NCBI GenBank assembly: GCA_951406725.2
Contig: OX597829.1
Span: 28,892,001 to 28,956,000 of the forward strand
DNA length: 64,000 nucleotides
Direction: 5' to 3'
Source: Octopus vulgaris
Lineage: Eukaryota
Numbering within the stretch: the first letter of the stretch is position 1; each line of letters starts with the position of its first letter. Below, one piece after another: positions 54,975 to 64,000 of the stretch. A model generated the notes under the pieces. It was not told the DNA's origin. It made no database searches and worked only from the letters and a program-made list of their open reading frames with translations. The translations under genes and the position numbers were made by a program.

Positions 54975-55332
54975 TTCACTAGACTGCAGCCATGTTGGGC
55001 TCTGCTTTGAAACATTTTTAACCAAACATATCGACACCAGCACTTTTTTTTAAAGTCTGGTACTTATTCTATCAGTCTCTTTTGTCAAACCATCAAGTTA
55101 CAGGAACATAAACACACCAGCATCAAGTGATGGTGGTGGTGGTGGGAGGAAGATAAACAAAGACATACACACAGCACTTCTTTTGGTTTCTGTCTATCAA
55201 ATCCACTCACAATGCTCTGGCCATCCTGAGGCTATAGTTGAAAATACTTGCCCAAGGTACCACACAGCAGGACTGAACTCAGAACCATGAGATTGGGAAG
55301 CAAGCTTCTTACCACACAGCCAAGCCTGCACC
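54975..55332 (-). mobile_element. SINE family A (diverged), preceded by a diverged family D copy ~54680-54920
   Basis: Family consensus segments. Confidence 0.75.
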
Positions 55333-55369
55333 TCCAAACAATCAAGTATGTGCTCCCACACAGCCATGC

Positions 55370-55440
<71 letters not shown>

Positions 55441-55757
55441 CATCAAAAGAAAGGGATTACTAGGGAATTAGTAATCTAAGTGAAATACTTATTAAGCTCT
55501 CTGTAGATAAAGATGCACCAGGCTAGCAAAAAAATCTAGTGATTGATCTTGTCCACCAGATAATCCAAATCAAAGTCCATCATCAATCAAATTAGTAAAT
55601 CCCTGGTTCCAATACCCTGTTTACATAATATATTTTTACAGAGTGATACATAAAACAAACAGGAATAATGGGCTATATATATTTATCTATATAAGCCAAT
55701 AATATAAAAAATAAATGTATTTATAACCCATTATTTCTGTGTATTTTATATACATGC

Positions 55758-55807
<50 letters not shown>

Positions 55808-56195
55808 TTGATTTTGTTGTTTTTTCTTCTTTTTGCCTATGTAAGTTACAAATATTGTTGTCTGCGGAGTCATATTTGTAGTTAAAAGAATTAGCTGTCC
55901 TTGGCTGCTATTTCTAAATTTTCGGTATGTGGTGAAGCAACTTGTTGCTAAACCCTTAATTATATTTATAACTATATAAAAAAAAATTTTTGTATAAGTT
56001 TTTACCGATAATGTTTTTTTCCATACCGAAACTACTTTGCAAAATTTACTAATTATTAAATTAATAAGTCTTTACCCTATATCTGTAATATATATATATA
56101 TATATATATATACACGCATATGTATGTATACACCTACAAATGGAGTGGTGGGTTTTGGTCAATGGTTTTATGAAGTTAGCTTTTGATCTAGATCG

Positions 56196-56530
56196 GTGTC
56201 TTAACTACTTCTTACCTGTAGACCCCTTTGGTTACTATTTTATTCTGGTGGGCCCCCTTAGCTATTCAATGTTTAACAACTAGTTTTATAGAATACTTCT
56301 GTCAAAATTCCTATTTTGTTTTTCAAACATTAACTTGTGTAGGTTGGACTATGGAAAGCATTTGGGAAATAAAACCTAGTTGTTTCATGCAATGAATACA
56401 TCAGAATCAAAATTATTTCATGGACCCTTAATATACTACTGTGTATACCCAGTTTACTATTTTGGCTTGCGCAGATCCCCAGAAATCTTATATGGACATC
56501 CAGGAGTCATATAGGCCCCCAGTGGAGAAA
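56196..56530. mobile_element. Degenerate hAT-like MITE
   Basis: Repeated (t)ggacccc-like subterminal motifs; degenerate end gtggagaaaca. Confidence 0.35.
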
Positions 56531-56947
56531 CAATAGCAACAGCAACTTCAAATTTGTCATCTTCAGGAAGGAGACCCATGTATGTGTTGACTTCACTACT
56601 TTCATAACTTAAACATTCATTTGTTTATTGTTTGTTTCTGTTGATTGTTGTTGTTGTTTTTGTTGGTGTTGTTCTTGCAGTAGTGGTGGTGGTTGTGGTG
56701 GCATTAGTCTTCTTCTTCTTCCTCCCCCTCCTCCTCTTCCTCTCCCCAACACTCCTCCTCAGACTGTACTAGTTCACCCTGATGCTTTTTCGTTTCTCGT
56801 ACTTGCCAAACAGGAAAGGTAATTTTGCATCATTGCTCCAGTGAAACTGGAGCAATGTTGCAAAATTTTCTAAATGATAACATTCAACCTTTTCAGTCAC
56901 ATAAATTTTTCTCATGTTATTTCTGTATTATTTCCTGTATGATAACA

Positions 56948-56981
<34 letters not shown>

Positions 56982-57539
56982 GTGATGATGGTGGTGGTGT
57001 TGGTGGTGTTGATGGTGTTGGTATTGGTGGTGCTGGTGGTGGTGGTGCTGGTGGTGGTGGTGCTGGTGGTGGTGCTGGTGGTGGTGGTGGTGCTGGTGCT
57101 GGTGCTGGTGATGATGATGATGATGATTTATTTGCAACCAGGGCAATGGATGAAAGGGACAAAATAATTTACAATAGACATAAAATTTTGAGGCTGACAA
57201 AGAAAACTGAATGAGCAACTATAAAAAAAAAAAGCAAAAAGTGTGAAATATAAGTATTTGTGGTATACAAATAAAAAGTGTATAATGATCTTGTAGTCTT
57301 CTTTATACTGGCTGACATCTCATTTGGGTCAATCAAGGAACTTTACAGATCCAAGATCTCTCTGAACACCAAGGTCAAGTGACCTCACCAAGTTTTGTTC
57401 TACAACCTACAGGCATGTAGTTATGGTGGTCCCACCCTCTCTCACTGACCATCCAATGAAATTCGCTTAAGAACAGCACCCCTTATTCAACCTCATCTTC
57501 CTTTCATAGGGAAACTTGAAAATTTTAGGACAGCTTGAC

Positions 57540-57960
57540 CAAGGAGAAAAGTGCCGATCCTCAAATCTATAGCCACCAGGCAGAGAAAACTGATTTCCTT
57601 GCCTGGTTAAAGGAGAGTAGTGGGGCAATCATTATGATGAACTTGACCAATAACCAGATCCATTTCTGTTCAACAGAATTCCAAAAATCCACAATGATTG
57701 CATGCAAAACAGTTTCATCATTCCACACACATCTCAGATCGGCCTGTCTTTCAGTACTTCCATACGTGTAGAGCTTATTTTCGCTTGTCTGAAAATTTTT
57801 GGAAGTTATTCATTGTAGTCCCTGGTCTGAAGGTCCTCTGGAACAGAAGTAGCCACTTTGTTTCATTGATGTACAGAGCTTCCCCAAGCTTCCTTGTCAC
57901 TGCTTCTTTATAAATTGCTACAGAGAGATTTCCACAGATCACATTGGTCAAATAGTAGAT
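57540..57960 (-). mobile_element. L1/Tx1 LINE C-terminal (zf-RVT region) relic
   Basis: Minus strand LFQRTFRPGTTMNNFQK..ALHV..ETVLHA resembles the post-RT CCHC region of Tx1-like elements. Confidence 0.45.
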
Positions 57961-60011
57961 GACAATGAGAACCTGATGACATTTGTAATGGCAGTCTACC
58001 AGCACAAATCAGTCAACGTTGTTGACTGCATTTTAGTTAAAGCCACAAAGTTAATTAGATCTGACCAGAGTTATCTCTCTTTGGTATTTTCCATTGATAA
58101 TGGCTGAAGAGCTAGAGACATCGATGGACAGATATGGTGTTTTACACCTTTTTTACCATAAGAGAGAATTTTTTCCTCCACGGCAACTGCAGTAAATTTG
58201 TCTTTAGCAGTTGAAATATGTCACAAATATTTTAACTAACCTAAACTCTACTTAGCACTGATAATACTGTAATATATATATTACATAACTCACATACAAC
58301 ACGCAACATTCACTTTCAGTCTACCAAATCCATTCCCAAAGCATTGGTTGGTCTGGGGCGATATTGAAAAATACACCTGCCTAAGGTGCTATGCAGTGGC
58401 ACTGAACTTAAAACCATGTTGTCAAGAGATGAAACCAAACTTCTTAACCACAGCCACATCTGTGTCTACTGTAAGCTCTTATTATTTACTACTACAAAGA
58501 TTGGTTAACTGATAGAATTGCTAGTGTGCCAGACAAAAATGCTAAGCAGCATTTCCTCCAACTCAAGTTCAAATTCTGTCAGGGTCAGCTTTGCCTTATC
58601 ATTTTGGGATCTATGAAATAAAGTACCAGTTAATTACTAGGGTTGATGTAATTGACTAATCTCTCCTCCAAAATTTCAGGTCATGTGCCTTTATTTACTA
58701 ACCTCTAAGGCAGTGAGCTGGCGGGATCAACAGTGCATTGGACAAATTGCTCAGCAGCATTTCTTTTGGTTTTATATTCTGAGTTCAAATCCCACCAAGG
58801 TCAACTTTACCTTTTATCCTTTTGGAGTTAATGAAATATATAAAAAAAAAATTGGTTGTGCACCAAGCTCTAATGTTTGCTTTGACATTGTTTCTACAGC
58901 TGGATGCCCTTCCAAAATGCCAGCCACTTTACGGTGTGTACTGGGTGACTTTTTTTTTCGTGGCACCTACCTCAGTGATATCACCAAGTACCTACAAGAC
59001 AAGACCCTTCAAATGAGCAGAGGCATAGTATAGAAGGATATGTGAGTATGATAGAGAAACCGGAGCAGGTGTCTTTGCACTCTGGAAAGAAAGAGAGATA
59101 AGGTCAAGGTACAAGGTGAATATGAAAGGGAGAATAGGATAGAGAAACAGAAAAGGTATTGTATTTGTAATTTTTTGCTTACACCACTGTTGCCATTGTG
59201 GTGGTGGTGGTGGCAGTTGTTATGGTGGTGTTGATGTTGGTGTGTAATTCACCACCTGTACCAAATCTTCTGGTTTCCACCAAGGGGAAGCTGCTTATTT
59301 TCCTCTTTTTTATTTTATTTTTTTCTCTCTTCCCAACTGCAACGGTCTCTTGTTACACAGATTCTCTTGCCTTGCCCTCATCCTGATGACGAAGGTACTC
59401 AAAGGATTTTGCTGTCCATAAAGCATGAGAAAAAGGAAACAGGTGGGTTTGTGAGAGTGTTTTTGAGCATTTTTGAAGGAGGGTTGCTTTTGTTTGTTTG
59501 TCTGTGGTGGTGGGGGTGGGGTGGGGGTGATGGTGGTGTTGGTGGTGGTGGTGGTGACAGAACTGTTTCACAGGGATCTTAATATTAATTTCCATTGTTG
59601 TTGTCTTCCACCTCCTCCTCTTCTTCATTCTCTCCCTTCTTCTCTTCCTCCTCCTTCCCTTGTTTTCCTTCTTCTCCTCCTCCTCCTCCACTTGTTCTCC
59701 TTCTCCTCCACTTGTTTTCCTTCTCCCCCACTTGTTCTCCTTCTCATCCTCCTCCTCTTCCTTCTTCTTGGTAATACTGCCACAGTTGTTTATACTTCTG
59801 TTGTTCTTGTTATTGTTATCATTGCAGTGTTGTTGCTGTGTGTTTCTTACTGTTTTTCCTCCCATGCTTTTCTGCTGTTCCTTATCATTGCAGCAGCTGT
59901 AATACTGCCTTCGTTGATAGTTTGGCCAGTAGTGGAACGAACTGGCTGCCATCGAAGAAGTAACAGAGGTGAACACAAGAAGAAATGCTGCTAAATATCT
60001 TGTCCAATGTG

Positions 60012-60215
60012 CTCTTTTACTCTTTTACTCTTTTACTTGTTTCAGTCATTTGACTGTGGCCATGCTGGAGCACCGCCTTTAATCGAGCAACTCGACTCCG
60101 GGACTTATTCTTTTGTAAGCCCAGTACTTATTCTATCGGTCTCTTTTGCTGAACCGCTAAGTAACGGGGACATAAACACACCAGCATCGGTTGTCAAGCA
60201 ATGCTAGGGGGACAA

Positions 60216-60260
<45 letters not shown>

Positions 60261-60425
60261 TACGACGGGCTTCTTTTCAGTTTCCGTCTACCAAATCCAC
60301 TCACAAGGCTTTGGTCGGCCTGAGGCTATAGTAGAAGACACTTGCCTAAGGTGCCATGCAGTGGGACTGAACCCGGAACCATGTGGTTGGTAAACAAGCT
60401 ACTTACCACACAGCCACTCCTGTGC
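60012..60425 (-). mobile_element. SINE family A, full length, young
   Basis: Very close to the apparent family consensus. Confidence 0.9.
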
Positions 60426-61530
60426 TGTGATTTTTTCCACCTTACTCCTGTTAATCTTTTTGATACCAACCCACCTGAAACTGCCTTTGCTTCTACGTTA
60501 CAAATTCTGTTTTAAAAGGATCTAAATTAAAACTTTCTATCAAGATTTCATTTTAATTTGTATTCCAAATAATGACAAAGTTATTTTACAGCATACTTCA
60601 TAATTTACAAAATTAAGTGACACAATGTAATTGACATAACTACTCCTGGGTAAGACTATAAAAACTGCGCCCTTCTGTCAAGCCATGTCAAGCCAGTGTG
60701 GAAGAAAAGGCTCAACAAACCAGTATAATCTTAAGCTATTTTTTGGTGGAGAGAATATGTTGAGGCCTTTGTGCTGCAGTGGACTGAACATGGGACATCC
60801 AATCCAAAAATGCTTGGCCTAAATACTCTACCAGTTATATGTCCAAACTGACCAGATTCTGCCTGTCACACCAACCCTAAGATGTATCATTCTGAAAAAT
60901 AAATGATAACAATATGGTTGGCATTTGGGAAGGCATCCAGTCTTAAAAATCATACCAAAACTGATCTCACCTGTGCTCGTACCATGTAAAAAAAAACACT
61001 CAGTCCACTCTGCTGGGTGGTTGGTATTAGGAAGGGTACCCAGCTATAAAAACCATGCCAAAACAGACGCAGAAGCCTGGTATAGTCTTCTACCTGGCTG
61101 GCTCCTGTAAAACCATCCAATCCATGCCAGTATGGAAGACAGACATTAAATGATGATGATGATAATCATCATCAACATATCAGAATCTCTCTCTCAATCT
61201 TAAAGTCAGTGCATGCTGAGAGGAATATGGTAAAAAAGGGTTAATTGCTTCTAATGTTGGCATAAGGCCATCAATCTCAAGGGCAGAGGATTAATTAGTT
61301 AGAAAGTAAAAAGGGAAAAAATAGAAAGCTTTGACAATGCAGAAAGTTTAATAAAATCTTTTTACCTTCTTTGATATTACAATGCTTGAAGCAAACACTC
61401 TTACTAATAGTTGCAAATAAAACACATGTTGGTCTATGTGAAACGGTATATAAATTAATGAATGAAAGCTAATGCTATGCAACTTCAGAGTAATCCTTAT
61501 TATTAATATTGTTAATATATATATATATAC

Positions 61531-61798
61531 ATCTGTAAATTAATATGTGACAATTATTCAATAGCCAAGATAAAACTCTGAATTTCGGATGCTGAAGTGG
61601 AAATCCACAACACTATCTCTTCGGTAATCTGGCCAGATAACTGAAGAGATGGTGTTGTGGATTTCCACTTCGGCATCCGAAACTCAGAGTTTTATCTTGG
61701 CTATTGAATAATTGTCACATATTAATTTACAGATAAATTTCCTCTATTTACATAATATTGAGGTCTCTTTCTTTTGTTATCTTACCGTTTTTACCAAT
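61531..61798 (+). mobile_element. Foldback PLE-like element: 204-bp loopless palindrome (61531-61734) plus tail
   Basis: Centre tgg|cca at 61632/61633; 5 arm mismatches; tail ends ttttaccaa then (TA)n; (TA)n upstream. Confidence 0.85.
61632..61701 (+). ncRNA. Putative type-I hammerhead ribozyme (mirror copy on minus strand 61564-61633 has CCGAAGA core)
   Basis: Stem I gccagataa/ttatct(t)ggc, CTGAAGA (61641-61647), imperfect stem II gatg..catc, GAAA (61679-61682), palindromic stem III actc-a-gagt, predicted cleavage after GUU (61691). Confidence 0.65.
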
Positions 61799-61812
61799 AT
61801 ATATATATATAC

Positions 61813-61913
61813 ATATATAAAAATTAGAAAAAAAACCACCTTTTATCAATTCAAAATGAACAATTAAATTACACCATCTAGAAAATTACATATAATAGAA
61901 ATATTAAATATAA

Positions 61914-61956
<43 letters not shown>

Positions 61957-62020
61957 GTAATAATAATAATAATAATTTTGAATTGATAAAAGGTGTTTTT
62001 TTCTAATTTTTATATATATA
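61813..62020. repeat. ~45-bp inverted repeat around an (AAT)n spacer
   Basis: ataaaaattagaaaaaaaaccaccttttatcaattcaaaat versus attttgaattgataaaaggtgtttttttctaatttttat. Confidence 0.8.
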
Positions 62021-62120
62021 TTATATTTTGTGAAATTTGATTTAGTATTTCTAAATTGAATTTTTCCCTGTAAGTTAGGAATAACATTCCCTCAAATTAT
62101 TATTATATATACATATATAT

Positions 62121-62159
<39 letters not shown>

Positions 62160-62411
62160 TGTCTTAAATGTGGGTTTTGTCCCCATTAATGGGGATGGCT
62201 GGATCTACCTCAATGCCAAAGAAGCTGAGGCAGGCAGGTGCAGCCCACCCCAACCTTTGGGCTAGCTGGTGCCCAGTCTCTTTTGCTATCATGAAGGAAT
62301 GTACTCCATCTTAAAGTTGTAGACCAATGCTGCAATCTATTTGCAGTATGTATAAGAATTCCTCTCTTCAGCCCCCAAATTGGTAAAAATGGTTGGTGAT
62401 CAGTTTGTAGC

Positions 62412-63083
62412 CTAAAATCTGTGAAATTTCTTCATAGCAAAAATAAGCGCAAAAGCTTCTTTCTCTACTTGACTATAGTTTTTCTCTGCAGCTCTCAGAG
62501 AATGTGAGACATGAACCACCACCTTCATATTACCGTCTTTATATTTGTGTAGCATTACTGCTCCTATGCTGTGTTCAGAAGCGTCAGGAACATCATAAGC
62601 CAGTGACAAATCTGATATTAATATTATTTTAATATCGTCAAATGCATTTTGACAATTTTTTTGCCAATTCCATTTTACATCCTTTTTTTTAGAAAATTAT
62701 TCAGTGGAACTCTCAAATTGGCATGTAGTTTTAATAATAATTTGCTAGACCTAGAAAACTTTGTATGGTCATTATATTCGTTGGAGGAGACATATTTTTT
62801 ATAATTCCATCTGTCAAGGAATCTGGTTGTCTTCCATTTCTATCAATAATTTGTCCTAAATACTTAATTTTAAGAAAAAAAATTCACATTTCTCCTCACT
62901 CAGTGTGAAACCGTAATCTGTTATTTTCTCAAAAGCACCCTTTACATGCTCAACATACTAATCCTGAGATTCCCTTTTAATTAATACATCATACAGGTAT
63001 GGAATTGCAAATTTACAGTCTGCTAACATCACAGCTATAACCTGATGAAAAATTGCAGGTGCAACCTTGAGGCCAAATGGGAG
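62412..63083 (-). mobile_element. Ty3/Gypsy LTR-retrotransposon RT-RNaseH relic
   Basis: LPFGLKVAPAIFHQ..YLYDVLI and DASEHSIGAVM..SHSLRAAEKNYSQVEKEAFALIFAMKKFHRF; stops and frameshifts; no LTRs seen. Confidence 0.9.
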
Positions 63084-63159
63084 CTACTACTTATAGTCGT
63101 TCAGTCAGTCTATTCTCACAGGGGGTGTTGTGACTCTCACAACAATAATCATCAACCCT

Positions 63160-63955
63160 AGTAATTGGCCAGTATTTTATTTTATTTGGCCTTAAATGGC
63201 TGAAAAGCAAATTTGACCATGACAGGATATGAATTCAAAATGTAAAAAGCCAGAACAAATACCGCAAAGAATTTTTATTCTTAGTGCTGTAACAATTCCG
63301 CCTGCCCTCCTTGCCACCTTATTACTCCTTTCTACTATGGACATAAAGCCTGAAATTTTGGTAGAAGAGGGCCAGTTGATTACATCAGCCCCAGTATTTG
63401 ATTGACACTTATTTTATTAGGTTTGAAAGGACGAAGGGCAAAGTTAACCTCAGCAGCATTTGAACTCAGATTGTAAGGATGGAAGAAATGTCACTAAGCA
63501 TTTTGCTTGGAGTGCTCATAGCTCTACCAGCTCACCACCAACTACTACTAATAATAATAATAGTAAAAATAATAATCGTTTCTGCTACAGGCACAAGGTC
63601 TGAAATTTTTAGGAAGAGGGCTAGTAGATTGCATCAGCCCCAGTACTCAACTGGTACTTATTTTAGCAACCCTGAAAGGGTGAAATGCAAAGTTGATTCC
63701 AACAGCTTTTAAATAATAATAACAACAATACTAATAATAATGGTTTCAAATTTTGCCACAAAGGCAGCCATTTTTGGGGAGGAGATAAGTCAATTACATC
63801 GACTCCAGTGATCAACTGGTACTTACTTTATCGAACCCAAAAAGATGAAAGGTAAAGTTGACCTTGGCAGAATTTGAACTCAGAATATAGTGACAGGTGA
63901 AATACCACTAAGCATTTTGTCTGGCATGCTAACAATTCTGGCAACTTGCTGCCTT
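63160..63955 (-). mobile_element. Cluster of four family C SINE copies in the same orientation
   Basis: Repeated aactggtactta..gaaaggatgaaagg.aaagttgac..atttgaactcaga blocks, some separated by (AAT)n tails. Confidence 0.8.
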
Positions 63956-64000
63956 AAATGATGATAATAATAATAATGTGCCTATAGTAATTGCTAGATT

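Noticed and set aside
59353-59994. 207-aa and 173-aa overlapping ORFs
   Set aside because: Dominated by (CTC)/(GGT)/(GTT) simple repeats.

Overview
AT-rich eukaryotic, non-coding DNA (intergenic or large-intron), most likely from an octopus or other coleoid cephalopod. That assignment is inferred from the extreme microsatellite density and tRNA-derived SINE families resembling those known from octopus. No host protein-coding gene can be supported, and nearly all ORFs in the track are microsatellite translations. The window is a mosaic of dozens of SINE copies (at least 5 families), degenerate LINE fragments (R4/Dong, RTE, L1/Tx1, CR1-like, Penelope/Neptune), a Ty3/Gypsy RT-RNaseH relic, three non-autonomous Helitrons (two head-to-tail) and piggyBac/hAT/Tc1-type MITEs. 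The most interesting signal is a recurring architecture of short non-coding units embedded in (TA)n. Each carries a type-I hammerhead ribozyme (or hammerhead-like) motif plus an inverted copy of the sequence 3' of the predicted cleavage site (61531-61798, 48194-48642, 24329-24614, 35385-35671), and a related minimal-hammerhead family occurs without the foldback. These look like non-autonomous Penelope-derived or retrozyme-like foldback elements. There is also a perfect 106-bp palindrome of nested hairpins and a ~930-bp near-perfect local inverted duplication. Repeat boundaries were read by eye and are approximate unless defined by TSDs or termini.
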